Source: Utricularia gibba
Lineage: Eukaryota; Plantae; Magnoliophyta
Direction of reading: 5' to 3'
Assembly: GCA_002189035.1 (NCBI GenBank)
Contig: NEEC01000009.1
Coordinates: 2,542,001 to 2,606,000 of the forward strand
Length of the DNA: 64,000 nt
The notes below the pieces were generated by a model, which worked only from the letters and a program-made list of their open reading frames with translations, made no database searches and had not been told where the DNA came from. Positions 47,630 through 64,000 of this stretch are shown here, piece after piece. Position numbers and translations under genes: made by a program. Every line of letters begins with the position of its first letter. Positions within the stretch are counted from its first letter, which is position 1.

Positions 47630-48321
47630 TGGGACAGATTGGAAAGAATTGACCCTCCGTGCCACTGGGAAAGGACGAAAGTCACTATCTGGAGCACATC
47701 AACCCTCAAACCCAGTTGCTAAATGCTGAATTTGCTTACTCAAACTACGTAAACCAATGCCAAGTCTGTAGCTAATGAGCCATTGAGCGTTGTCTCTTCT
47801 CCCTCCTCACCGACTTTCCAATGCTTGACAACAATAACACCAAACTGACGGCAGCAATATCAGCTTCAACCAGAAAACGAGCCTCAAATTTCAGTATGCA
47901 TTCTCATGACTCTCAGACGACGTGCAATACACATTCCCACCGAAAAGGCCCCTTCTTTTGAGAAGAATCCAAAACTAGAGTAAACTAAAACCATATGAAG
48001 AAGCCACAAGAATTTGTTTCCGTAAATACAGACCTGTAAGTTTAAGCACAGGGACAGATCACGAATAAAGAGTTGACAAAAATTCAACTTCAGCCAACAC
48101 GAGTCGATCCGATTCTCTAACAACTCAAGCAGAGATTCTCCACGCCAATTCCAAAATTGGAGAAATAGTAGCGATCAATTGAATGCCGCCAGCTCCGTAC
48201 ACTCTCAGCCGTCGACCGGAGATTCAACGCGTGCGGCGGATTTGCACCTTTTTTCCAGTCCCCCTACACTCTATTCTCTCTCTACCCACATCATTCTTGG
48301 TGCATCACCAAATCAAAAGTC

Positions 48322-49410
<1,089 letters not shown>

Positions 49411-49751
49411 TGAGAGTGTCTTGTTTGGTGTTGCAGTTTCCATACTTCTTTTGCTCCTAATCTAAACCTTTTTTCCATTGTTGATTTGTCTGCAACTCAT
49501 CCCATTCTGTTCGTGGTTCTGCTTGCCATCTTGAGTTTCAGATGATGATAATTAATTAATTACTTCAAATAGAAATAATGTAATTAAAATGTGAATAAAA
49601 TCATCTGTATATTTTCAAAAATTCAATTTTTCACATTTGTTTTTCTTTTTAGTCGCCTAAAATATTATAACAGCAGACGAGTACGAATCTTGATCGCGAC
49701 GCCGACAAATTTCAAGCAAATTCCGGTAGCGGCTTCTCTCTCGGAATAGCC

Positions 49752-52700
49752 ATGGAATCTGCCGGAACTCAACTGGTCAATACTCACTGAATACTGCTTC
49801 GTCTAGGCTATTCTTATTGTATCGTGCTACCAATATCTCGGCATTTGGGATGTCATGTTCTTGTTTGTTCGACTGCTGTTATTGATTGTTGTATATCGTC
49901 TCAAATTACACAGGAGCAAGCGGATACTAAGGCTAGCTTAGAGAAGATCAAGAGACAGCTGGCTTCGACCTCCGGTAGAAATCTGCTCCAGGGGCCCCTC
50001 CTTAAGCGATCCGAAACGGTGATAGCAATCGCTTCCTCGCATAATCGGAACTGAGTTTGGATGCGATATGCTTATTGTTTGGTTTTCTTTATCACCGTTT
50101 GGATTTCGGATTTGGTGAATCCATAATTGGCTAGATTGAGTTTGGATTTTGCATTTGGGAGTCAACTGCGGCCTTGTGATTCTACAATGTTCCCGTGCCT
50201 TTTTATTGATCCAATATAATCGGTCTTTGGTGTTCGATGAAGTGCCTTGTTTTCTTTTTCTGTCTCTACCTGAGTCTTCGACCCGATCTTCTCTTGCATT
50301 TGTTTGCATTTAGTTTCTTGAGAAATATGATGATTTTTAACTCTACGTTGCTATTTCAATTGTGATTCTGAAACTTTTATCTCCATAAGCATTGCTGAAA
50401 GGCTATAATTGCCATAATATTTTTCCAGCTAAGAAAGTGGAATGAGAGGTGGGTTATTTTAGACCCAACGACTGGGAAAATGGAATACAAGTAAGATGCA
50501 GATACTGAAGCTTTATATCTTTCTGTTTTCTTCCTGCTTTCGTGAACATGTGGTTTTACCTTTCAGACTCCGGCGGAATGAACCAGTAGTCAAGGGAACT
50601 ATATTATTTGATGCAAACAGCACCATAACAATATCTCCTATGAATTTCCAGTGAGATTCCTTTTTTTTTCTTATGTAATACCAAGTATTTATGTTTGAAG
50701 TGGATGATTTTTATCGGTGGTTAATATATGCTTTGTTTTTTTCCTTCTTATCAAGGGGGTCGCCAAAGTATGATGGCTGCTGTTTCTGTATCCCTACTTT
50801 AGTGTAACCTTTTTCCTAGGAGGAACTTGGTTTTTCTGAATACAGCTTTGTAAACTTTATTTCCTCATTTCTGTTTAGTGGCTACTGGTTAACATGCTAT
50901 AATTTGGTCTGCTCTCTTCTTAGCTGAATTCTTAGATATTGGAACACCACAGAAAGCAGATTATTTTCTCTGCGCAGAGACACCTGGTGCTGCTAGAGCT
51001 TGGGTATCAACTCTGCAGTGAGTGCTCACATTTTCCATAAGATGTTATTTATTATTCTTCTTTGATGATTTTTTATATCACAGCATTATTTTTTATGATT
51101 TAGCTACAACATTGTCATGCAGACACATGTTGTACCCAAATTCGTATTCTCAAACCTGTCTCATGGTGGCATTGTTTTTAGTGTTGTTTTTATTTCCTGT
51201 ATCTTGTGATGGTATGAATGAGTTACAAGCTCCATGGTTCTGATTGGGCTATTTTCATAAGACTTTCATCTGGTGAAATTTAGTCGTTCCCAAGATCCTA
51301 CGTGATTCTGAAAAAAATTTATGCACAAAAACCTTATTCTGTATGGAGTTACGATCAAAGTCTGGTGGGCAATATTCAGTTTTATCGCGAATTTAAGGCT
51401 TATGTGTGTAAAAGTCAAATCAGTAGGTGACTTGTCATGCAAATTAATGAACTCATATTTTTTTATTCCATTCTTTTTTATTGGCAACTTTTTTGCATCA
51501 TCGTGCAGAGCAACCCAACTGGTCTTGAAAGCTCACAAGGAAGCTGTGAATACGTTAACTGGAAATGGTTTCTCAAAGTTAGGGACAGTCGCTGCTGTTG
51601 TTGCTGCTGCTAATGCAACTGCATTAGAAGCTTCTAGAGAAATTGAGGCTGCCATGCAAATCTCAATGAGAAATGCCTTGGGGGCTATGCTGAATAGGAC
51701 GCCTGATTTGCCTATGGATGATTTATCAATCATGAAGGTCACTTGGTTTGCGCTACATTCATTCCAGTTTCATTTCGCCCTCATTTCAATCTTCTTGGTC
51801 CAAATAGTGCTCCAAGTGCTAGTTGCTAAATTTGATGGATGTTTATGAAAATTTGTGTTTTCACTGCCGAAAAATTTTGTGTATTGGCATTGCAGGAAAC
51901 TCTGAGAGTGAAAGATGAGGAGCTGCAAAAACTAGGGAAGGATCTTCGTGCTAGGGATTCAGTGCTTAGGGAGGTGTCAGAGAAGCTCTCTGAAACAGCT
52001 GAGGCTGCTGAAGCTGCAGCATCTGCTGCCCATACCATGGATGAGCAAAGGAAAATTGCATTTGCAGAAGTTGAAAGAATAAAAAAGGAATCACAAGAAC
52101 TACAGGAATCATCTAAGCTAAAGGTTTCTTTGATTCTAGAGCTGCTCCAGTGGATGCAATTTGCGTCATATTTTAAGTTTGTGTTTGCCTTCGCAGATGA
52201 AGGATCTGGAACAGAATATCCAGAATTTAAGCAGAGAAAATGAACAGCTTGTGAAACAAAGAGACTTGGCGACGCAGGAGGCCCACATGTGGCGCTCAGA
52301 GCTGGCAAAAGCCAGAGACAATGCTGTTATGATGGAAGCTGCTGTTGTTCGTGCTGAGGAAAAGGCCAGGGTTTTACACGCTGATGCTGAAGCTAGAATG
52401 AAGGAAGCGATAGCAAAAGATGCAGTTGCTGCTAAGGAGAAGCAAGAACTCCTCGCGTATATTGACATGCTGCAAGACCAAATAAAGAGGTTTGCCACAA
52501 GCCACGTCCCGTCCCACCATGAATGAATTGATCCATATCTTCTTCACGGTTTCAGGCTTCAGGTTGAAACCAGACAAGTCTTCTCAGAGAGAACAGAGTC
52601 ATGCTCCAACATGGATGGCGATTTCCCTCTAACAAAGCACGTGGATTCCTCCCAAGAGAATGTGGATAAAGCATGTGTAACCTCAATCACAGGCACCAGC

Positions 52701-52886
52701 CAGGTCCATATTGAAGATCTCCAGCCTATCATGGAAAGCGAATGGAGCGACATCAGAACTACTGAGGCTACGATGGCTGATGTTCGAGAGGTTGGCCCAG
52801 ACGGCGGAGGCAACAGCTTCGATATACCAGTCGTAAGCCTCCCTCTAAATGCCCCTCAGGAGCACGAAACTCCGCATCAGCCATAG
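49752..52886 (+). CDS. PH-domain plus coiled-coil protein (plant SWAP70-like)
   Basis: Multi-exon. SLEKIKRQLASTSGRNLLQGPLLKRSET|LRKWNERWVILDPTTGKMEY, PKYDGCCF, YFLCAETPGAARAWV, ATQLVLKAHKEAVN, coiled coil, C-terminal DIPVVS. Confidence 0.88.
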
Positions 52887-53983
52887 TGAAAGATGCTCGT
52901 GTAATTGCTGCTTGTTTACTGTCAAGTAGACTGACTTGCTTAATGGCTCTGAAGACGCCCCTAGTCGGAAACAAGTTCGGTTTGTACATCATCTGCGGTG
53001 GTCCATCGGGAGAGACAATACATGATTTGTTTTGAATTTTTTTTAAATGAATTATTACTCTAATATAGATTAATATTATTTATTGGGAAAATTAATAAAT
53101 ACTTTTATTTAATTTCAAATTGAGATAAATCATAGTATTCATAATATTTTATAAATTGTGAGAATAATCGCTATTTACTATATATGATGTGATGTTGATT
53201 ATTATTATAATATTATTATGAATTTATTTCAAATTGTAATAATTATGTTTGTCGGACATAACTTAAGAAGGAAAAAATCAATCATGACGGGTATATTTAT
53301 TTATTTTTTATTTTAGTTTTCGATTTTTTTAAAATTATTTCTAAAAAATAAAGTTTGGTTTCTATTTTTGTTTAAAAAATATATATTTCTACATTTAATA
53401 TTTTTAATGCTAAAATTATTTTTCAAAAAAAAGACAAAATGTTAGACGCAGTCCAACGAGAAAATTGGAGGCACTGGCACCATTGTTTGCTTTGTGAAAG
53501 GACACCGGACGCCCTGATTTCAGTGCCTTGTCGATGTGGTAATTGAACGGTAAACCCGGCATTCTTGAATCTTCAATGGTAGTGGGACGGTTTAAGTTCA
53601 GCCCATGTTGAATCTTCAGGGGAAGTGACTCCACATTTGACTCTTTCTCTGGTCCACCAACTCTCGTCCTACACATCATTTTATGCCTCTTCCCCGCCCT
53701 TTCTCCCACGTTCTCTCTGGATCCCTTCACTCAATTGTCTCTCGCGCCGCTCGCTGCTCTAGTCTACCCATTTTGTCGAAAGGTCGTTTTTTTATGCTTT
53801 TTGTTGAAGGCAACAATGAGCCCATGAAACACTAATGCCTTAGTGATTCGGGAAGCATGAGTTTTAATGGGGATGGAAGCTTTTTGTTATGAGATTTGAA
53901 GATGTAAATGGTGGATCTTGGATCTTGCCTTTAATTGGCTTCATGATTTGATGCTGCAGGGAGTAATTGAGTGACAGTGGATC

Positions 53984-56572
<2,589 letters not shown>

Positions 56573-56994
56573 AATGAAGCACAATAGTTTGTTCAAGAGA
56601 TGAGAGCTGTAGCTGAATTCAACTGATGTGCTCTTTACTTTGTGTTGCGTTGGCAGCTGCGCCTGATCAGTCCTTTGTCATATGCCATTGTTGCTACTTT
56701 TTCAGAATAAGAGCGGTTTGCTGTTCCTGATGAATCATTAAAAGGAACACTATCAAATTGACTCAAAATTCACAACGAAAAGCAACTATCTTTATGTCAG
56801 CCCAGCACTATCAACAGCGAGTAACACACCCAGCTTCACTCCATACTCTTCATTTACCAACGTGGGTTAGCTTAAATTCTCGCAGTATCTTGCAACTTTC
56901 ATGCGGTGTAGTAAAACTGTTGCCTTACTCTCGGTTTTGAGGTTACCGATGAGGGCATTCTTCCCCAGTAAAAAGTATCACGTCAAAAACGCGT

Positions 56995-59900
56995 ATGAGG
57001 AAAGGGAAGGGCTTGCTGTCTAAAACGGTCTTCAGAACTCTCCACAATCATACCCGTCACCGGAAACCCGATATTCTTCAGGTATAGTTTTAGACCATTT
57101 CGATTTGTTCGTAAACGTCTTTGCGAGTGTGTTTTATATGGTAGATGTACATGCAGATGGATCCGTCAGAAAGGTACTGTTACAACCCCACATTGCGTTG
57201 GAACCCTGACGTTGAAGAGTATTTTGCTCATGCCTATGGTGCTGATCATTTTGCCCGGATCTCCAAAGCCCTCGTGTACGTTTTTCATTCTTATGGCGCC
57301 TGTGTTACTGCAAGCGTGTGCATGATATGGTTCATCTGTTGTATGCTGTGTCACTTGTTCCCCGAGAGTTTGTTCATTCTGAAAGTTCCATCTGATTCCA
57401 AAGTTTGCGTCTTTACACTCGATTGCAATTGAGTACTTATGGTAGCAAAAACCTTGCATCAGTACGTCGAGAAAATTGGGTTGGTTATTAATCCTTGAAG
57501 AATGTGTGATTGTCCTCACGATTCTCCCCATGGTGTGGAAAAAATAATCTGGCAATATTTCATGCTGCTGAAGTTGGCATCTTGAGTTCCTGAACATGAA
57601 TTTTTTGTTTTTATCCGATACGCTAATATATGTTTCTTCTTAATTTTTTTTCATGATTTTATCAGGCGCCCATCATGTTATTCGTGTATAAGGGTTAACA
57701 AGCTCAAGTCTAGTTGTGATGCTGTTGTTGAGAAGCTAAAGGCTATGCTACCGGGAAAGGAAAAAGAGGAAAATTCAGTTGTAGGAACCAACATTCCTCT
57801 CAATTCAAATGATAGCCGTATCACATCTATGGATTCTGATGGTGTTGCTCGTGCTTCTTTAGGAAAGTATATTGTCTCCAAGTCGGGGATAACTGGTTTA
57901 GACTACGTAGTTTTTGTTAAAGGGTCTGGACCACAAACTATTGATTATTTTGAGAAGGATGAAACACCTCCCAAAGAAGTCATTGTTAGTCGAAAATGTG
58001 CTGAAGCTGTTCTACGTGGTGCTCATGTATGTTTTTCTGTACCATGTCTATAGAACCTATTGTGTATCTGCACACTCATTGTTTTAACTTTTTTTTTAAA
58101 CTTTTTTCTCGACGACATTCTGCAGGTTTATGTTCCAGGAGTTTTGGCATGTAGCGCCCATGTAGAGAAGGGAGAAACAGTTGCAGTATCAATTGCTGTG
58201 GAGCAACGGGGCACAGATGGTGGATGGGGTGTTGGATTTACGCGTGGAACTGTCCTACAAGGATCAGAAGCAGGCAAGAGTGCTTTCTTAAAAATCACTT
58301 CCTCTAGGAAATTTACTTATTTATCCACTTTTATATCACCTGAACTATACATTTCCATGAGTTTTTTTTTTTTTTTTTAACTTTCATTTTCTACATTTCA
58401 TTAACAAACTTGCAGCATAATACTTGATTCTGCATTTTAGATCCCTATCATTCTGAAAGGAGTGGCCTTTATATTGGTAAAGGGGCTTCTATGATGTCTA
58501 GAGCTGGGCTGTTTCGAGTGTCTGAAGGATTGGCGGTAGACTTGGAGAGCAGAGTTTTTGATTTACCCTCTTTCCATGGTAGTTATTCGATAATGTTAAT
58601 GATTTAATTTGATCACCTTGACATGAATGCTGCTTGATTTTGTTACTGATTCATAAAATGAACACGACTTGTATTTAGGTTGTTCATAGGTCTGTAAATG
58701 CGAAGGGATCTTTGCGTTATGTATTTCCATATCTTGCTCCCTGGTTTATGTCTGATGCTTTCTGAAGCTTCAAAATTCCTATGGAGTGTGCTTGATGGCT
58801 CACATTGTTAATCCAACCAACTGACCAGTGACATAACAGATATGCTTGAGGGTGAAATATTTCTTCAAAACCTCCCAAGCATTGTTGCTGCTCATGCTTT
58901 AGGTATGCGTTGAAGAACAAAACACGCGACTTTCCTGTATGTAACTATAATATTTGTTCCAGATTTTTCCTGTTCATGAAAAATATGCCAATGCTCTATG
59001 CTGGTGAAGCATGCTGGGAATTTATATGTTTCGAGTGAAATCTCTTTGAAATGCTCAAATAATGCCGTGCATAATGGTTGCTAATTGCGCTCACTCATTC
59101 TAAAATCAATGAGTGGCTGATTTTACTGATTGTACCATGAATATCCACCCCACATATATTGATATTTCCTTACTGTACAATTTTCCAGTTTATATTGTAT
59201 CTGTTCCCTGCACCCGTCCATCTCATGATTGAGCCTTCTGGTTCCTGCCCTCTAAGCTGCTTATACCTCTTTCCATAGATCCTCAAGAAGGAGAGAGGAT
59301 ACTTGATATGTGTGCTGCTCCAGGAGGGAAAACTACCGCCATTGCCATACTCATGAAGGACAATGGAGAGATTATAGCTGCTGATCGTTCGCACAATAAG
59401 GTGAATAACTTCTGCTGTCTGTAGTATTTGTTATGGAAAATGTTGTTATAGTGGTAAAATCTTGGTCTTTTTCAATATCCTCCTCTCTATTTTCATTACC
59501 AGTAAAGAATTGTGATATAGAGAGCATCCCATAGTATCTTGCAAAGAAGTTGATACATCTGAATGCTGGTAACGTAGAAGGTTGTTTCTGTTGAGGAATA
59601 AGCTTTTGAACCCTGGGAGTACTGAAAAAACCTGTGTATGTATGTGAAACTGTAAAAGCTTCCTCAACTTGTGGGAAAATAAAATGACTCTAAGTTGGCA
59701 TTTAGCACTTATCATGTTCCTCATCTCCTCATCCCTGTATGAAGTTTTCACGCAGGAGTTAAATTCTATTATTTAGCTTATTGTGTTCCGTTTTCAGGTT
59801 CTCGATATCAAAAAATTGGCAGCTGAGATGGACTTAAAATGCATAAAGCCTTTGAAACTTGATGCTCTGAAATCTGTTCAGCAAGCAAATGGCATTAGCA

Positions 59901-61327
59901 ATCAGGAGGCTCTTCATTGTCTGGACACTGCAAGCACGCACACCTCAAACGCATCACCATTACAGGTCAAGAAAATGGCGTCCACAGAATTGGGTTGTCA
60001 CTGTAAGTGTTTTTCTCCTTTTTTTGGAAACCGGATGAGCTTCACAAACACTGCTGGGCATATGCTAACCAGTTTTAAATTGCTTACCGCCGATGCATAA
60101 CCTAGTAGTGTGTTGTCTTTGAGTTGATGTTGTATATCTATTGAGCAGAATATTTAAGTTGCATATAGATTGTCTCAGAACCTCCCCACTCAAGCAAAAG
60201 ACTGCATACCTTTTCTCTTTGATGAGTCATTTAACCTTGCTTAATTGTATTGAATAGATGTAAATGAGAAATCAAAGATAGAAAGCTGCACGAATGGAGC
60301 TCAGCTACCACGGAGGACTCTGAAATTGAAAAATGGTCCTGGAAAGAGCAACGCCTCAGGTGAAAGGGTCGAAAGTTGCAAGGGATTTTCACCATGTAGC
60401 TTTGATCGGGTTCTGCTCGATGCTCCTTGTTCTGCCCTTGGCCTTAGACCCCGGCTCTTCACTGGAGAGGTGAGCACATTGCTAAAGCAGCATGTGGAAG
60501 TTGGTAGGAATCATAGTTATTTTATCAAGTCTTGATGTTAATGCAGAGCTCACTGAAAACCACTGTGACAGCATTTTATTTTTTCTCGTCTCTTGGTTTC
60601 ATATGCTTGATGTATTGCTCTCTTTGTTCTGTGTTTTCTATTGAACCTCACTCACCACATCGCATAGTCTCACAAGGCCTGAGTTTTGCTTCTTTTTAAC
60701 CTTCATTTATTTAGGATACTCTAGAATCATTGCGTACACATGCCAAGTATCAAAGACGAATGTTCGACCAGGCTGTACAACTTGTTCGTCCCGGTGGAGT
60801 TATTGTATATTCAACGTACGCTTCTTCTGTGTATATGGCTGCCCTTGTTGCACTGCTTAGAAAAATGACTAGTCTTATAATGGATGGATGGCAGGTGCAC
60901 GATAAATCCTGGTGAGAATGAAACCTTGGTGCGATATGCACTGGACAAATACAAGTTTTTGTCCTTGGCTCCACAGGTTAGACTGAAGAACCTTAGTGAT
61001 TTCTCATGGTCTATGTATCTGTTTCTGTTGGCTTCACCACTGTGGAACCAATCTGCAGCATCCGAAAGTAGGCGGACCAGGCCTTGTTGGAAAGTTCTGC
61101 TATCCAGATGGATATGAAGAGTAAGATATAAAACTTAAAACTCACATAGCATGCATGTCTTAGACAGTATTTTGATCGGTTGTGCTGTGTATGGCTGGCT
61201 GTGTTACAGGGAATGGTTGAGACCTGGTGAAGAGAGCCTTGTTCAGAGATTTGATCCCTGTTCCCAACTAGACACCATTGGTTTTTTCATTGCCAAATTC
61301 TTGGTTTCAAAGACTAGTGAAGAATAA
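56995..61327 (+). CDS. NSUN6: NOL1/NOP2/Sun RNA m5C methyltransferase with PUA domain (NSUN6-like)
   Basis: ERYCYNPTLRWNP, PUA (VIVSRKCAEAVLRGAH|VYVPGV), GEIFLQNLPS, DMCAAPGGKT (motif I), FDRVLLDAPCSALG (motif IV Cys), VYSTCTINPGENE (motif VI Cys), DTIGFFIAKF. Confidence 0.92.
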
Positions 61328-62027
61328 GGGAACAGCAGGCATGCTGAGGCGCATCACGAACCTCGATTCCTAGTAAACCAATTGCAAAGCCACCAATTTT
61401 GATGCACCCGTTCCAAAAACTGCCTTTGTCGTATGTGCTATCGCTGTACTTTTTAAATAATCAACTTCGTGTTTTCATTTTGAAGGTTCATTCACAATAA
61501 AAAATTTGGGTTTGTGTGGTAATCAAAAACTAAGCTCAACGAAGTTGAACACAGTTTATGCGCATGACTCTGTAGTGGAAGAAGCGCAGCAGGATCTGGA
61601 GACACAAAAACCAAAACCCAAGAGGAATGGTATTGCACGAGTCTGCCCTCAAACAATAACAATAATAATATCATCTCCATCAGTTAAGTTACATCAGTTT
61701 CATGATACACGCCCAACCACAGGTAGCATTCTCGCTTTACGGTAAACAATAAAGGAAAAACAATTAACAGCCAACATCTCTAGTAGACTGACTAGCACCA
61801 AAACAAAACCCCTACATAGGAAAGAACAATGCAAGGCCATAAAAGGAAGAGAGTTTCCACTCACAATCCTAATGCAGTAACCTCTGATGTGCCGATACAC
61901 AGAGAGGCTAGAGAGTTATCGGCATCCATCTGATCATGAGTTCAAAAGTTTCCCTTTGGTGGATCCCTTGGAAAAATGATTTGAGAAGATTTCTATTTGT
62001 CACAGTGTGCTGCTGATGAAAACTCCT

Positions 62028-64000
62028 TCAGTAGTTACTTGGCCAATTAGGCTGTGGCTGCTGATAAGCACTGGCATTCTGTCCCACCATGTCAGCATGG
62101 CTCGTGATTGCTTGAGATTGCTGCAAAATGGGGTGAACGTTTGCAGATGGGGCCATTCCTTGTGCAGGATGGAACATACCAGTAAAGGCTCCATGTCCTG
62201 GCCCTGTTGGGTTGAATGACATTTGGCCCTGAGGAAGGCTGTAGAACGTACTAGCCTGCAAGCTACCTACATCTGCCGTTGGGGTGGTAAACCATACCCC
62301 AGAACCATCGTTCTGGCATCAAGTAAATATCAGAAATAATGACCAAGAGTTCAACTAAAGGAAGTGATAATAAACTGATGAATGAATAAATCCGGTGGGA
62401 AGTCAAGATGAAACTAGCATGCTGCAGTACCAGGTATACACAACTGATGATACTTCAACTACAGGACTCCTATAATGCTTTTTTTTTTTTGATTAATAAA
62501 ATGGCATATGGAATCAAACCTGTTGGATACCAATATAGGCACTGTTTTCCTTGGCATGAGATACAGCAGTATCATCAATCGAACTTGACGTCACAGTTTG
62601 TGATGGTGAACTTGAAGGGTACCCAACCATGGAAAGATCGTACGTCCCATAGCTTCCAGGTAGGCTTGCTTGTGTTGGGTTTCCGGTATTTGATCCCTGC
62701 TTAAACTGTGCAACAGAATACTTGGAAGATGTTCCGGGTGCAGAAGGATACAAATTTCCTGACTGCGGTTGCTGAGAAAACATGCCATTACTCAAGACCT
62801 GATGAATTGCAGGTGGTGGGACATAGAATGGGGAAAAGTAGGGACCATATGGGATAAAATTTGGAGGATAATGGGGAAGATGAACACCGGATGGGTGTCG
62901 AAAAATGGGAAGAGATTGTTGTGTTGTAGCTATTGAACTACGCACAACACCAGCAGCTTGGGTCACCAGCTGAGCAGGAGCGTTGGACAAAACCATCTGC
63001 CCATTGCCCTGCAACTGAACCATTTCAGCAGAGTGAGTGGCAGCCCACAGGGCAATAACATGGCAACATGCATCGCAAGAACCTCTCTATACAACTAAAA
63101 TAAATTTGTATTGTGACCGTACCAGAGATCAGACATACAAAAGGACAAGGTAAATAGAAACGTAGCCAAGTAAATCCTAATTTGCAGATTAAACATTTGG
63201 ACGAAGAAACAGTAGTTGAGTCCACCTAAAAGGAAGGGCCGTGATCTCGAGTGCCATTGCTGGAGTTATTATGGTACTCTTTAAGGTTACACATATCTTA
63301 TCATGTAAAAAAGCAAAAAAACAAAAGCAGACTGCAAGATTAGTTGGTCAAAAGCATATGAGGTTAGCAAGAAGACGGAGAAATAAGAGAGTTTACACAC
63401 ACCTCTGGAGGAGTCTGAGCAGTCTGCGGAGAGATCATTGCTGTATTACCATTATACTTGTTTACAGCTCCTGCAGGGAGGATGGGTGAAATTCGTCCAT
63501 CACTGTCCATAAACCCAGACCGATAAAACTGTGCATAGTAACTTGCTGGATCAAAAGATTGCGGTATCTGCATGGTGAAAAACGATCCATTTAAGCATGG
63601 ACAGGTTACTTTTTCGAATAGCTAACGGAAAATATTATACCAGAAACAAACAAAATGCAGCTCATGTAGCAAGAATCACAATTTATGTTTTAAGTGGAAG
63701 TGATAACTCACAATAAATCCTGGAAGTCGAGAAGCATCACGGGCTTGAGGATCCAAACTTTCCAACGGTGAACCTTGGCTGCTTACTATTGGTGGCATTA
63801 ACCCGATATTGTAACTTGAGGGGGTATGTTGCGATGTATGCTGGTGGCTTTCTTGAGCTGCTTCCAATGAGGGTCCATTCACTTCCAAGGTGGTTGAGGG
63901 TGCTTGTTGGACCGTGGCCTCTGGGTTCTCAGAATATTCTTTATCAGTATCCTCTACATCTAGCATTTTGTTTTCACTTCTGTAATCACAAAAGCCAGGC
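62028..64000 (-). CDS. GIP1: 3' part of a GBF-interacting protein 1-like (DUF1296) gene, truncated by the window edge
   Basis: Spliced exons with FDPASYYAQFYRSG..DGRISP, SSIATTQQSLPIFRHPSGVHLPHYPPNFIPYGPYFSPFYVPPP, GSGVWF, AFTGMFHPAQ...NWPSNY*. Confidence 0.82.

Noticed and set aside
62070-62092. miR394-like string CTGGCATTCTGTCCCACC
   Set aside because: It lies antisense within the GIP1 coding exon, has no hairpin and has an indel relative to miR394.

Overview
Gene-dense nuclear DNA from an angiosperm (eudicot). Most introns are about 60-110 nt with GT-AG ends, and intergenic spacers are short and AT-rich. The supplied ORF track uses TTG/GTG starts and ignores splicing, so I rebuilt the gene models by hand; most short ORFs in the track are antisense shadows. 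I can support about 25 protein-coding loci, in order: an unidentified 3' end, NFD6-like, DMP/DUF679, fasciclin-like AGP, group-E bZIP, an intronless 883-aa acidic protein, CLE peptide, TBL, bHLH, membrane-anchored Ser/Thr kinase, group-IIe WRKY, FtsH2-type protease, CYP72A, RLP29-like LRR protein, stand-alone Pif1 helicase, GAUT15-like, PDF1, KIC/PBP1 EF-hand protein, DUF3007, type II H+-PPase, RPL8, a PH-domain protein, cytosolic thiolase AACT, NSUN6-like m5C methyltransferase, and the 3' part of a GIP1/DUF1296 gene. There is also a decayed proteasome alpha-6 (PAA) pseudogene. I found no rRNA, tRNA, recognisable miRNA/snRNA, intact transposon or CRISPR array. I see no convincing new multi-gene system. 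The best leads are (1) an intronless non-Helitron Pif1 with a targeting-like N-terminus, (2) a syntenic intronless protein with a possible retroelement-derived core, (3) the PAA pseudogene under a dense TGGGC promoter, (4) two genes each broken by one missing base in a G/C run, and (5) a possible dual-targeting exon in NSUN6. All family names and Arabidopsis comparisons are from memory of these families, not from a database search.
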